Positions 26,282-39,378 are shown, counted from the first letter of the whole stretch. The stretch is 59,716 bases of DNA, filler included, from Nemertoderma westbladi (GCA_032718475.1; 4 parts of 4 records of this genome joined end to end with filler, not necessarily neighbours in it), one strand, 5' to 3'. Numbers and translations: made by a program. Notes: a model not told the origin generated them from the letters alone.

Positions 26282-26496
26282 TTGGCCAAACTTACATACA
26301 ACGTTATTAGATTACAGCATTAAACTAATTAGCACTTTTAGATTGGGTGTGGTACAGCAAGACAGTTAAGCAGATGGCAGGTCACTAGGTCAGTGTTTCA
26401 GCATTTCATGATTAAGTGCTACTGCAGTCTGTATGCAGACTCAAGCCTTGTTGTCATTCCTCCAAGTCAAGCGTTCCAACATGGCCTTGCTTTCAG

Positions 26497-26630
26497 CCCT
26501 CCCACCCAAAGCGCTCTATCATGGACTTGCTGTCAACCCTCCCACTCCAAGCGTTCTATCATTGCTTTGCTGTCAACTCAACCCTCCCACCCCAAGCGTT
26601 CTATCATTGCCTTGCTGTCAACCCTCCCAG
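26497..26630. repeat. ~40-bp tandem repeat, ~3.3 copies
   Basis: ccctcccac(c/t)c(a/c)aagcg(c/t)tctatcat...ttgctgtcaa is repeated. Confidence 0.8.
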
Positions 26631-27186
26631 CACAAGCATCCCAATTATCCTGCTAATATTATTAAATAATAATTTTAATCCTCAAAATTGTTATCTTTCC
26701 TTACTTCAGCCACGTTTTCAAATTAAATATATTTTGTTCGTTTGTTTCCGTTTTTAATAAAGGAAGTCCCTTCAAAACCAATCATTAAATTGTTTCATTC
26801 GGGATGGAATTCAATAGAAAGTAACCAGCCGACGACCCCTGGCCGAACCCAGAGTGCTAGCGAGAGAAGGGGAGGTCGATATTCAACTAGAGATACACAC
26901 CGGAATCGTGGTACAATTTCGAATACTCACCACCCGACGAAATCTACTCCCACACGGTTTTTATCTTCCCAGTGACATAAAAATTACCTAATCTTGACTT
27001 ATCAGATCATGACACGTTGGATTGAGTATTTTCAATTTTTCTCGAAACGCTTATTGTCGAGATAAGTATCTTACCCTTATAGACTTATTATACTAGCAGA
27101 CTGTTGTACTGTTGTACTATATTGACTAAATCCTGAATTCAGCAATTAACCGGTTGCATGCCGTTCTGTTTTAAACTAACTGACTG

Positions 27187-28491
27187 ATGGAGTCTGAGTG
27201 TAATCGTTTACACTGTTTGCATGTCGCCAATGATGTTTTAGCATATCTCTGGACTGCCCACACCAAGGGCTATACCAGGGATTCGATGTTGGCTATCCTA
27301 GTGCCATGGCCCCGCTTTAGTGATGCCATGTTTAAGGAGGCCAAACGTGTTCTCCTTGAGCTTATACCGGTTGCGGATCGCGAAAAGTCTAAACAACCTT
27401 TCTCTAAGGTTCGCCATAGCGGCGAACTCTTTCGCCGTAACGTTATCTATGACATTTTGGATATCTTTGACTACTCAGGCTTCTCTTCTACCGGTAGTAG
27501 GCCTATAGGAGCAGATATGGATTACAGCAACGTAGAAGCTTCTCCTGACTTCAACCCTGTTCCTAAAGATCTGACGTTAATTCCGCCATTCTCATTGTGT
27601 GAGGCTGATACTGCCCTCCTTTTAAGGCAGCTCAGTAAACTTCAGGATCGCTTAGCAGTGGTCGAGTCTGTCTGCTTGCGACCTACTGCAGATAGCAGCT
27701 CTGTGTCTACCGGTAAGAGTGCTGTTACTGGTACCGGTAGTCATTCGACAGACCTTCGTAACAATGTCGGGGGAGTTCCAGAAAGTGACATCGACCCCCC
27801 ACCTATGCCTGCTCATAGACATCCACATCGACCAATTGATATACAGCTTCCGGTACCGAATTGCAACGCCAACTCTTCTCGATCTTACAGTATGGTTGCA
27901 TCCACGGCTGCTCCTCCGATGCGCTCTGATGACTCAGACAATGACTCTGTAAGCTTTATCCCGGTTGGCCGCGATGGCAAACACCGGGCTGTTAGGCGGC
28001 ATCCAGTCGTTGACAAACGCGGTTCTACTGACCCCATCACCAATACTGTTGCCTTTCAGACGAATCAACTGCGGAGGCCTGGTAATCCGGCCCCCCGTTC
28101 AAGAAACGCAAAACAACGGATTTTTGTGCAGGGTTCATCTGCTAGTACCTCTTTCGCCACGATTCAACCAGTGAAGAAGATATTTGTTACCGGGTGTGCC
28201 CCAAATGTTCAGCCGGAAGTGCTTATCAAGCATGTGAAGGAAGTGTCTGGTTTTGATGTTTCCTGCGTCAGGATATCCCGTGACGAAGCGAGGGTGTCCT
28301 CGTTTGTAATATCATGCAAGTCTGGTGAGAGGGAACAACTTCTCGACCCCACAGTGTGGCCAATGTATACTCGCATCAGGGACTTTGTTGGCTACTTGCG
28401 TGACAACTCCGCTGCTGTCGTCAACTCCCGAGGTGGAATGGTAGGCATTTCGAATAGTGATCAAACCGGTAGTGCTCCGGTTGATGTTTGA
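27187..28491 (+). CDS. Intact LINE ORF1 (434 aa; C-terminal RRM-like KKIFVTG...SSFVISC...DPTVWP..TRIRDF)
   Basis: Uninterrupted ATG-TGA ORF with a typical ORF1 architecture, followed 121 bp later by an APE-endonuclease ORF2 start. Confidence 0.8.
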   Translation: MESECNRLHCLHVANDVLAYLWTAHTKGYTRDSMLAILVPWPRFSDAMFKEAKRVLLELIPVADREKSKQPFSKVRHSGELFRRNVIYDILDIFDYSGFSSTGSRPIGADMDYSNVEASPDFNPVPKDLTLIPPFSLCEADTALLLRQLSKLQDRLAVVESVCLRPTADSSSVSTGKSAVTGTGSHSTDLRNNVGGVPESDIDPPPMPAHRHPHRPIDIQLPVPNCNANSSRSYSMVASTAAPPMRSDDSDNDSVSFIPVGRDGKHRAVRRHPVVDKRGSTDPITNTVAFQTNQLRRPGNPAPRSRNAKQRIFVQGSSASTSFATIQPVKKIFVTGCAPNVQPEVLIKHVKEVSGFDVSCVRISRDEARVSSFVISCKSGEREQLLDPTVWPMYTRIRDFVGYLRDNSAAVVNSRGGMVGISNSDQTGSAPVDV

Positions 28492-28612
28492 ACTATAATT
28501 TTTGTATCATTTGTATTATTTTATGTATAAATATATATATTTTTTTTTTTATAAAATGTTTATATTTCTTTCTTTAATCAATGTCTTATTCTGAAACTTT
28601 CCAACCTTAACA

Positions 28613-28855
28613 ATGGCGGATGAAAGCTTTAACCTCAACCTAAGTTTTGTTTCGTATAACTGTGGGTCTGTTAGAAATTTGCACTCACTACATGTAATTA
28701 ATGATGCTTGTAATAATGGGTGTGACTTGTTATTACTGCAAGAACTAATGCTCCCTAAGCAGGAGTTGTCATTTTTGTCTAATATACACCCTAACTACAA
28801 AGCTTTGGGTACGTCACCCGTTGATCTATCTAGTCAGATATTAGTTGGCAGGCCC
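28613..28855 (+). pseudogene. 5' part of LINE ORF2 apurinic endonuclease (Proto2/RTE-X-like), truncated after ILVGRP
   Basis: SFVSYNC...DLLLLQE...SNIHPNY...SQILVGRP. The expected following GG-x-A motif is absent and unrelated sequence follows. Confidence 0.8.
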
Positions 28856-30104
28856 TGTAAAAGCTTTTGTGGGATAACTGATTCGTTTGCCTTGTTGGCC
28901 AGTTCCCCCCCAGTCGCTAAGAATACTCTCAAAGTGATCTACAGCTAAAAATAGTGCAAGTTACCAGCTTATTGGCTGATTTGCTGTACGCAGGCATCTG
29001 GGCTCTGTTTAATCGGCCAACAAGCCTAGGGAGGTTGCGTCATAGCCTTGTTTTTGTATCTCCCAATAGAATTTGAGTTAGCCTTGATTTTGACCTATCA
29101 CAGAGCTACTGAACTGAAAATTTGCCTATCTCACTGCTCTTTCTCTGTGTTGAACGGGAGCTTCGTGGAATAAGGGAGTTGGTATCCTCGTATAGAGCAG
29201 TAGTCACGAGTTTTTCAAAGCCACGAAAGAACGGCTTTGTAGTGTTTTGTGCTTTCTGCTTTTTAGCTCAACACTAGTAGGTTTAATCATAAGGACATAT
29301 ATCCTTTAACGGACTGACCTGGCTGCAATTACGCATCAAACAACCTGGCTTTAAACTCTGTAAATATCAAAACAAACTGGCACGATTGATCTGTGAATAC
29401 TGCATACTGCTATTTGTTGTCGGTTATTCATTATATTTGTTGATGAATTATTATATTGGAATAACGAGAAATAACCCCGACACCCAATATTCTTGATATA
29501 CCGAAGGTAAGAGAGAAAGGTTACCAATAACGATTGTGACTTATGTTAAAGTGGTTTGAAGTGAATCTAATGTTATTTGATAGACCCTACATGAGTCAGT
29601 CTGTGTTCCTTTTATATGTGATTAAAATCGGTGAAGATTGGCAGATTAGTGTGCAGTATTGTGCAGCATTGCGTATGAGCGAGTCTGTTAAAGAAGCAAT
29701 TCCTAAAGAATGCGCCATATATGTGAATTATAATTAAGCCATATCGTTGTGAGTAGTTTAAGTCATAACTCTGTTTATGTAGATAAAGCGCCACGTCCTA
29801 AAGGAACTGTTAATATTCCCGAAGGTAAATAATATTGTCAGAGATTATATAATACTGTCAGTCGAATAATACATTAGGCTTACATAGCAATAAAATTAAA
29901 CCGTCGAACCCAATCTCCCGGGAATATCCAGCGGGTGAATGGTCGCGCACGGATTGGTTTCGACTAGTGTAGTGAATCAAATACTTGTCATAGGCTAAAA
30001 AGCGATTTAATATCTAGAAGACATCTTAATTTGGCGGGTTAAACTGCCAAAGGTCTAAAAGCGCGAACATTAAAGGATATAGCTTCTTTGTTGCAGTAAG
30101 CAAT

Positions 30105-30204
30105 NNNNNNNNNNNNNNNNNNNNNNNNNNNNNNNNNNNNNNNNNNNNTTAATTAATTAANNNNNNNNNNNNNNNNNNNNNNNNNNNNNNNNNNNNNNNN
30201 NNNN
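30105..30204. other. Assembly gap with artificial TTAATTAATTAA linker
   Basis: 100-bp N run with the same central 12-mer. Confidence 0.97.
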
Positions 30205-30839
30205 TATTAATTCCCTCGTTAATGTGGGGCATGTTTTCCAACCAAAACAATAAAGTATTATGTTACATAAGTGGCCGTGCATGATGTCACGCTATTTTTG
30301 ACGATTTTCGACCCCTCCCCTCCACCCTCCGTCACAGTCTATACACATACATTTCGTAACCAACCCCCCCCCCCCCCCCCCCCTCCGGCCCTTCCCTTGA
30401 ATGTCACGTCACAAAAATAAGTATTATTTTTTTCATAATTATTAAAAAGCGGTAAATTTTAAATTATTATGTTACTACTAGTTCTGCTACAAGTATGTAG
30501 TAATATTTTATTATAATATATATTTATATACAGTATTAGTTAGTATTATAAATATTATATTATAAGTTATATTTTCCTATTAGTTCTGGAGGATTTTAAA
30601 ACATAAAAATGGATATTAAATTAATGAGTTAAGCACAAAGATATGCAGATACGATAAATGCGCTATTATGTGTTATTATGTGGTATTGAAAATTTTTTTA
30701 CCATTTTATCCAGAGGTCAGTGATTATTTTAAATTAAAATATATTTTATATATTTTGTACAAGATAAGATAAAATTGAAGATTTTATCACTAAAATTTTT
30801 TTACTATAAAAATAATTACTTTAATTTTTAACTATTTTT

Positions 30840-31910
30840 AATTTATTTTTTTTTATTTATTAATCGACAACAAGCATACGTATATGTTATTGTTGAATTG
30901 CACATTAACTATAATCGTGCTAGCAATCGCTCCCTTACGGCAAATGCTTTACTCAGATATAAAGCTAAGTTTTTTAAATCTGGTTTGCGCCGTAGTAATG
31001 CCTTAAACTTATATACCGATGGGTTTATAGTGTAATATTGCCGTAAATAAGTTTGCCTTATATTTGAGTAAGCAGGACACACAAGCAGAAAGTGGTACTC
31101 ATGTTCTACTTCCCCTAAGTTACAAATTTTACACACCCGATCCTGTACAGCTCTGTGATCCCAACGACCAACTTCAATCTCTAAGTTGTGGGACGAGCAC
31201 CGAAACCTTGCGAGGGTTTGACGTAAGCCATTATTGTCCTTTAATAAATGTAGATATTCTTCTGTTCCGAATTTATTTTTAACGTAATATTGTCCTTTGG
31301 AAGAGTTTGATATATCAGCCCACCACCCTTGTATGAATTGATCCATTAAAACTACCCTTACGTTATTTAAGAATAATTTGGCATCCCCAACATTTTGAGA
31401 CTCCCATGCCCAACTTTGGCCCAGGCCATTTAATACATCCCTTACCATTGAAACCCAGTTTGTCGCTGACCCCTGCAGTGCATCCTCGTAAAGTACCTGA
31501 TACATACGTTTAGTCAGTCTCGTCTCCGGGAGAGTCAAAGTTCTTACCCAAAATTTTACAATTGTCAGCTTTCGTGAAACTGAAAGCGGCACAGCCCCAG
31601 TTTCCCCGTAGACGGCAAAATCAGGAGTGCTCCGTTTTACTCCAAGTAGGCGTTTCAAAAAAGCTAAATGAACACGCTCAATTGCCGGAGCAGAATGAAA
31701 TCCCCAAACATCGGCACCGTAACTTAAAATTGGCGCAATCAATATCGAGAATAGCTTGTACTTCAATGCAAATGACAAATTTGGGAATTGAATAAAATAC
31801 CTATAGAGCGAGAATAAACCCTTTTCAGCCTTTTGCGCCAGTATTCTTTGGGCGCATGCAAATTTACCTGTAAATGACAAGGTGATTCCCAGATAATTGT
31901 ATTGTGAGAC
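30840..31910 (-). mobile_element. 5'-truncated LINE (RTE-X-like) ORF2 C-terminus with zinc finger and A-rich tail
   Basis: ORF 30909-31880: YGADVWG, KRLLGVKRST...VYGETG, RFRCSSHNLEIEVGRW, CKIC...EHEYHFLLVCPAY. A-rich minus-strand tail at ~30840-30862. Confidence 0.88.
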
Positions 31911-32937
31911 AACACCAACACTCTCCCCGTTATAAAACCATTAATACACCGCTTTAACAAAATTATATAGGATATTCTACCCTATTTTTAAGCATGACTC
32001 ACACTAAATGAACCGGTAATCTTCTATTTAATTTAAAGTCCGTTTTATTTTAAGTTAAATTTGCACCTAAAGAAAGTAAGTAATAGAATAAATAGCCTTA
32101 AGCGAACAATAATTATTGCAATCTTTGAACGCCTATATCTCAGCTATTTCTTAACGAATTGTTACATATTTGGAATCCTTGCAACGCAAGATTTCTAATG
32201 ATATGAAATATTACGACTAATTTGAAGAATGGCCACGACACGGAGGGTGCGATTTCGCAAAAGACACTTTTTAAAACGCTTATAAAAAAATTTTTAAAGG
32301 CGAAATCGAAAATTGCGGCTTCATGTGGACGGTAACAACGACGGTGAGTGGAACTAGTTGTGTTTCAAATTTTAAGCAATATGATAAAGATCTGTAGAAA
32401 AATCTGGGGGGGGGGGGCGTGTCATCAGAAAATGACACTATATTACGGGACATGGTGTATTACGGGACATGGTGTATTACATAACAACGCACTCGAACGC
32501 AGTACTTTTTAACCAAAGGACAATTGCGCGTAACCATTTTTAAAGCTGAAGTGCGACCTAATGCGAAAAGGAAAGGTGATTATTTTTAGTGACGAGAGAT
32601 TAAAATTAGTGGAAAGTTAATAAGTTTAGTGGAAAGTGATTACATTTAAATGGTTTTTAGTGAGATATCATTATATTTGGTGGTAACAAAATAGTTGAAA
32701 CATAATTATTTTTAGAGGGAAATAAATTTGTTGCGGTTAAAAAATATAGTACACCCATTGAAATGAATACCACAACATTGTTGTTGTCGAGGTGTATAAC
32801 TTTGTAGGAAACGGTATATTTTTAAAGAAAAAACGAAATATGATGACAATTATTATTTATATATTTAAAAAAGATATTAAAAGGACAAGCATTCCACTCT
32901 ACAAGAAAAAGAAAAAAGGGGAAAGTGATGTAAATTA

Positions 32938-33591
32938 TCGGATATCTCCAGGGATATCCGTGGATATCTACGGGGATATCTGTGGATATCTACGGGGATA
33001 TCCGTGGATATCTACGGGGATATCTACGGGGATATCCGTGGATATCTACGGGGATATCTGTGGATATCTACGGGGATATCCGTGGATATCTACGGGGATA
33101 TCTACGGGGATATCCGTGGATATCTACGGGGATATCTGTGGATATCTACGGGGATATCCGTGGATATCTACGGGGATATCTACGGGGATATCTGTGGATA
33201 TCTACGGGGATATCCGTGGATATCTACGGGGATATCCGTGGATATCTGTGGATATCTACGGGGATATCTGTGGATATCTACGGGGATATCCGTGGATATC
33301 TACGGGGATATCTACGGGGATATCCGTGGATATCTACGGGGATATCTGTGGATATCTACGGGGATATCCGTGGATATCTACGGGGATATCTACGGGGATA
33401 TCCGTGGATATCTACGGGGATATCTGTGGATATCTACGGGGATATCTGTGGATATCTACGGGGATATCCGTGGATATCTACGGGGATATCCGTGGATATC
33501 TACGGGGATATCCGTGGATTTCTACGGGGATATCTACGGGGATATCCACGGATATCTACGGGGATAACCGTGGATATCTACGGGGATATCC
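32938..33591. repeat. GATATC-core composite minisatellite (12-bp ggatatctacgg and 10-bp ggatatcYgt units)
   Basis: Directly visible alternating units; ccgtggatatctacgg is nearly self-complementary. Confidence 0.96.
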
Positions 33592-33603
33592 TAGTTTACT
33601 CAC

Positions 33604-33843
33604 CGCCTGGTACGGATTGAAGGGAGTGACAGCCACTGCAAGGGGGTCTCTCACTCAACCCCGGGATTGGAGACCCCAAAGTATCGTCCACTACGCCATG
33701 AACTGAACTGATAGCTCCACGGTAAATAACAGGAGAGGAATTCGTTCTATGGTTGTTAGGTGACGTAGTAATTTCGTGGTAATTCGGTGACGCAATGTGC
33801 AATGCCAACTCGGTGTATGGTGAGGAAGCCACAGAAGATAGAC
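33604..33843 (-). CDS. Host gene internal exon 4 (phase 1-1, 240 nt)
   Basis: Acceptor ccattacag, donor GCG|GTGAGT. Open frame (G)LSSVASSPYTELALH...PPCSGCHSLQSVPG. Phase matches the upstream exon. Confidence 0.7.
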
Positions 33844-33964
33844 CTGTAATGGATAGTCATTGAATACAAAATAAAGAAAATAATAAAGGCTATTGGATGA
33901 ATACTGTAACATTTACCAACGTTACCATTACAAACAAAAAAAATTTGCGATCACAAATACAAAG

Positions 33965-34434
33965 ACCGGGCACATAGTCAGTGCCAGGGCACATTGTGTC
34001 CGAGTACATAGTGACCGGGCACATAGTGCCAGGGCACATTGTGTCCGAGTACAAAGTGACCGGACATATAGTGCCAGGGCCCATAGTGTGCGAGTACAAA
34101 GTGACCGGACACAGTGTCCGAGTACATAGTGACCCACATATTGTCCGAGTACATAGTGAAAGGACACATAGTGTCCGAGTACATAGTGACCGGGCACATT
34201 GTGTCCGAGTACAAAGTGACCGGATACAGTGTCCGAGTAAATAGTGCCTGGGGACATAGTGCAAGGGCACATTGTGTCCGAGTACATAATATAGACCGGG
34301 CACATTTTGTCCAAGTACATAGTGACCGGGCACATAGTGCCAGGACACATTGTGTCCGAGTACAAAGTAACCGGACACATAGTATTCGAGTACATAGTGT
34401 CCGAGTACATAGTGACCGGACACAGTGTCCGAGT
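33965..34434. repeat. Degenerate 15-bp-subunit tandem array (gtgtccgagtacata / gtgaccgggcacata)
   Basis: Visible alternating related 15-mers. Confidence 0.9.
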
Positions 34435-35104
34435 AGCGAGTGCATAGCCTACTGTACGGTTTTAGAGATTTCTTAACTGCTGCCCTGACGGCTACGGAAA
34501 TATTTACAAATCACCTGACACAAATTATAGGAATTCCAGTCATAAATCCCCCCACGGTTCAATGAGTTCTAACTAAGTGTATTGGTATTGGATTGCCCGA
34601 CATATAAATAGCCATTTAATCCGTTCTGTCTAGCAACTCGCAGTTACACAGACATGTCTGAGCTTGAAAGAAGAGTCCCCACCACCCCCCCCCCCCCCCC
34701 ATGGTGGACCAACTTAGAGAAACCAGAATACCAGACAAAAAATGCAATAAAATAATAATATATGTGTATAAATAAATGTCAGTTTGACTTAATTGTTGCC
34801 AAATTATTGTCTATGGATTCCCGTGTCTGGACATTTAGGCAGCAAGCTGTTAAAAATTATTATTAAACACATGAGATGTAAAAAGGTTAAAGGCCTTTAA
34901 GGAACATGGCCATGATATAAGGAAGATATGCCCTTCTCTCTAATCGCGAGATCAAGATGAAACCCGGCACACTAGCATCCTCTGCTGGAGGAGACGGGGT
35001 GATTCAAGGGTACCGCTATTATAAATGAATAGGTCAAGGTAGACTGCAAAAATGAATTTATTATTTTAATTATTGCGTTGATGTTGGAAACCAAAATAGA
35101 TTTA

Positions 35105-35405
35105 CACCTAGAGGGCATTACTGCAATCACACTAATAGATTCAGCGCCACCTAGAGGGCATTACTGCAATCACACTAATAGAGTCAGCGCCACCTAGAGG
35201 GCATTACTGCAATCACACTAACAGAGTCAGCGCCACCTAGAGGGCATTACTGCAATCACACTAACAGAGTCAGCGCCACCTAGAGGGCATTACTGCAATC
35301 ACACTAATAGAGTCAGCGCCACCTAGAGGGCATTACTGCAATCACACTAATAGAGTCAGCGCCACCTAGAGGGCATTACTGCAATCACACTAATAGAGTC
35401 AGCGC
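35105..35405. repeat. 43-bp tandem repeat, 7 copies, carrying CTCF-like motifs
   Basis: Unit cacctagagggcattactgcaatcacactaatagagtcagcgc at 35105, 35148 ... 35363. Six complete AGCGCCACCTAGAGG words. Confidence 0.95.
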
Positions 35406-36239
35406 AAGCCAAGTAGTTATTTAATTAGTACAGTTTATGGACATTAGTCATCAAGTATTAGTTTAAAATAAATGAAAGACGTTACTATAATAATAATATT
35501 ATTAATTCTCACAATATACGGTGATGAATTAATTATAATGAAAGATTGATATTTGGCAGAGTATGAAAGTAAAATCCAAAGACAATTCATTTATGAGTCA
35601 TCTTCAATGTAATTAGTAATGGTATTGTGGTTCATATAGTTATAATTATTTCGATAAAATATGTAGGAAGGCACTTAATTACCAAATAATTAAAATACAC
35701 AAATAAAATGTTGCCATGGCAGGCAACATTTTATGTGCATATTCAATTCAATTCAATTTATTGATCTAAAACTTCAGCCAGTTCAGCCAGACTGAATGCA
35801 GTTTGTTAACTACACAACTAACCAACTAAATAATCATTATACCACAGTCTACCCACCCCTATATTGACATGTACAAACCAAACAAATAAATGAAAATAAT
35901 GTACCTATGATAGCGGGAAATAATGTAACTATAATGTTAACGGGAAATAATGTACCTAGCGGGCAAAATAACTATTTATGGAAAATAATTAGTGTTTTTT
36001 CCCCGGACAACGGTTGAATAGGTAAGATAAGATCAGATAAGATATTATATTTGAGGAGACACCTCAGTTGATACAACGCCGACAAACCGACAGACCGACA
36101 AACATTAGGAAACACACTTATTACATAATTGCACTAATCGAGGCGACTTATGCACCAGCTAAATGAAAGAAATAAAACATAGGTAAAAGACACAATAAAA
36201 TCATAAATTAAAATCATAAAATTAAATGTTACAAATTTC

Positions 36240-36545
36240 TACCGAATTTTAGGTACTTATCGAAATATTTTATTAACACATCTATAGGCTGCAGCAGTAA
36301 TGTTCATAATATGCTCGAAAAAAGTCAGGTTGCTATCAATAGTTACACCGAGGTCACGAAATGAACTCACATTCTCTAAACATAATTCATTAATATTATA
36401 AGTAAAATCAGGTGCAGTGGATTTACTGCTACTAATTGTTAATACCTTGCACTTTTGATTAGTCTGTGATTAGTGTGATTAGTTTTTGATGTTAATATTA
36501 TTCTGCAGTAATTCCCTATCATCCGAATTGTTGATGACTGGTAGG
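36240..36545 (-). mobile_element. Small CR1-like RT fragment
   Basis: Minus strand reads KCKVLTI...ENVSSFRDLGVTIDSNLTF. Confidence 0.7.
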
Positions 36546-37647
36546 CAGTTGTTGTAGGAAAAAGGGAGACTCCAAAAAATGTGAATCTCCTCTTGTTGTT
36601 ATCTATACGCTCATGTCACAGGATTATTCCACAAAACATTCCATTGACACTCAAGCGTTATATGTGCCAATGCCATATAACCGCACCGGCACCGTGTGAG
36701 TGGAAAAATAAAAGTATTCGAGGAAAGTGCCAGGGGGTGATATGGTGTAGGATGGAGGAAGAACACAAATGGAAGGGACTGCTCACCAATCCCGCAGCCC
36801 TTTAACTACATTACATTATGAAGGTGGTTGCGGAACACAAAAGGATTGCCTATCAGAATATAAAAGGAATCCCCAGCCAGTTTCTTTGGATGTATCAAAC
36901 AGGGGGGATGGGCACTGAACTCCATCCTACAGTGCTTGCAGCAGACGCAGTTGTTGGTGATACATGCCAGTCGTCCGTTGCCCATATACGGCATACGGGG
37001 GGAGAGAGAGAGAGAGAGAGGCAGAGTGACGATATGGGAAAACCGTGGTTGAGTGAATAATAATAAGCCTAACCCGACAGATGGGGGCAGCATGTAGCAT
37101 ACCAAAGCGGTAGCAACTGGTATCATTGCTGACGTCATCCCAGCATTCAATAAAGGCAGTGAAACTTGGTTGTAATAAAACGGAACCGGGGCGAGGGAAT
37201 AAATACAGTAGCACCAGATGTAAGTAAACAGGGAACACTAAATAATTAAACCACAAAATATTTGAAAATACGGTAATTATGCAGGCATATCTGTAAATTT
37301 CCATTGAATAACCTGGTATTATTGAAGGATACTGGATTGGGCGAAATACAGGAAAATGTCAAAACTAGAGTCTTTGAAAAAAATAAGTTTCTCAAAACCA
37401 ACCTAATCTACTCTGGAAGCTCAGAGTCTGTAGAAATCACGCGTATTGTAGGAGCTTAATTTGGTATAAAATGTTTCGACAACCTTGTATGTATAGCGCC
37501 TAAAATAGCACATCATCATTCCAGTTTAACAATTAAAAATCGTCTTCCAAGCGTTTAAGATATAACAAAAAAACTCTCCAGACAACACAACAAATATGTT
37601 AGCTGCTCTATTAGTTACCAGCTTATCAAGACACGAGCACAACGCCA

Positions 37648-38206
37648 GATTGGGGGACGTTAGTGCCCGCGAGACGTTAGTGCTCGCGGGCACTAATGTC
37701 TCAGGACTTTATAGTGCCGGCGAGTCATTAGTGCCCGAGGACCTTGTCTGCAAGTGAGACGTTACTGCCCGCGAGTCATTAGTGCCCGAGAACCATGTCT
37801 GCAAGTGAGACGTTAGTGCCCGCACCCTGCACTGCATTTGGAAGTTATTTATAAGGAAGGTAATCCGTTTTTACTCAATCAAAAGTAGGTTATTTATAAA
37901 CAATCAAACGCTGTTGCTTGATCCTCATTCCTTGAAGACTTTACCGCAAAACCAAATGTCTCGCGGGCACTAATGTCTCGCGGGCACAATGTCTCGCGGG
38001 CACTAATGTGTCGCGGGCACTAACGTCTCGCGGGCACTAATGTCTCGCGGGCACTAACGTCTCGCGGGCACTAACGTCTCGCGGGCACTAACGTCCTAAG
38101 GGACAGTGCCCGCGATAATGCGACTAAGTTACCGCGGGCACTAAAGGTGCTGAGACATTAGTGCCCGCGGGCACTAATGTCTCGCGGGCACTAACGTCCC
38201 AAGACC
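37648..38206. mobile_element. Non-autonomous foldback/MITE element with ~65-bp TIRs built from 17-bp subrepeats (gacRttagtgcccgcga)
   Basis: The left end gggacgttagtgcccgcgagacgttagtgc... is the reverse complement of the right end ...gcactaatgtctcgcgggcactaacgtccc. CAACGCC occurs on both flanks (~37640 and 39388) once the nested element is removed. Confidence 0.8.
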
Positions 38207-39378
38207 GGATGTAGGACAATTCGGTCCCGGACAATTCGGTCCCGGACAATTCGGTCCCGGACAATTCGGTCCGGACAATTCGGTCCCGGACAATTCGGTC
38301 CCGGACAATTCGGTCCCAAAACACTAAATAAATGGGACCGAATTGTCCGGGACCGAATTGTCCTAGGACCGAATTGTCCTAGGACCGAATTGTCCGGGAC
38401 CGAATTGTCCGGGACCGAATTGTCCGGGACTGAATTTTCTGGGACCGAATTGTCCGGGTCCGAATTGTCCGGTTCCTGATAGCAACTTTTTATAGTGCTT
38501 TTTTGATATTGGTGAATGTTCTAGAACATTTGTAGAGATATTTGTTATGGTAGCTAGTGTTATTTACTTGCTAGAATTTATTGAAATTTTAAAAATACTG
38601 TATTTTTTTTAATTTTGTTATTGGTAAGTGTTCGAGAACATTATTATCTAGTAGTTATTAAGGTGTAGCTAGTGTTTTTTTTACTAGCTAGCATTTCCTT
38701 GAAATTATAAAAACACTTGTGAAAACATTGATATTTCAGAATTAGGCCTAAACTGTTGCTGATTATATTAATTACCAACAATATTGATAATATTATAACA
38801 GTCCCTGAATGAGATCCAGCTATTATCTAGGATAATAATTTAGGCTTGTTAACCAACCAACAACACATACAGTATACTTACGCAATATATAAAAAAAATC
38901 AGTTTTAAACATTTTAAATACATACTATTACTAGACTAGCTAGTAAATAATTAACAAGCTCCATAAAAACACCATAGCTACCATAACTAATAATGTTAAC
39001 AAATAAAAAAGTAAATTTTTTTTATTTAAAAAAAATACTAGCTAGTAAAAAATACACTAGCTAACCATATAATAATATATATTAAGGTTCTAGAACATTC
39101 ACCATTATATAGTACCAATTAAATTTGGTCCCGGACAATTCGGTCCTGGACAATTCGGTCCCGGACAATTCGGTCCCGGACAATTCGGTCCCGGACAATT
39201 CGGTCCCATTAATATGCATGTTTTGGGACCGAATTGTCCTAGTCAGTATCCGGACAATTCGGTCCCGGACAATTCGGTCCCAAAACACAAAATTAATGGG
39301 ACCGAATTGTCCGGGACCGAATTGTCCGGGACCGAATTGTCCGGACCGAATTGTCCGGGACCGAATTGTCCTGCTTCC
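38207..39378. mobile_element. Mutator/Foldback-like non-autonomous element with 15-bp subrepeats (ggacaattcggtccc) and 9-bp TSD
   Basis: Termini GGATGTAGGACAATTCGG...CCGAATTGTCCTGCTTCC. TSD CCCAAGACC at 38198-38206 and 39379-39387. AT-rich non-coding interior. Confidence 0.9.

Noticed and set aside
30268-30420. Possible DNA-transposon TIR (gtggccgtgcatgatgtcacgc...gacccctcccc)
   Set aside because: No clear matching inverted end or TSD was found in the window.
32792-34476. ORFs of 120-304 aa in the GATATC and 15-bp arrays
   Set aside because: Purely repeat-derived and open on multiple frames and strands.
36806-37304. Minus-strand ORFs with CKHC...F...H as a zinc-finger exon
   Set aside because: No second His, an interrupting (GA)n tract and no convincing splice pair.
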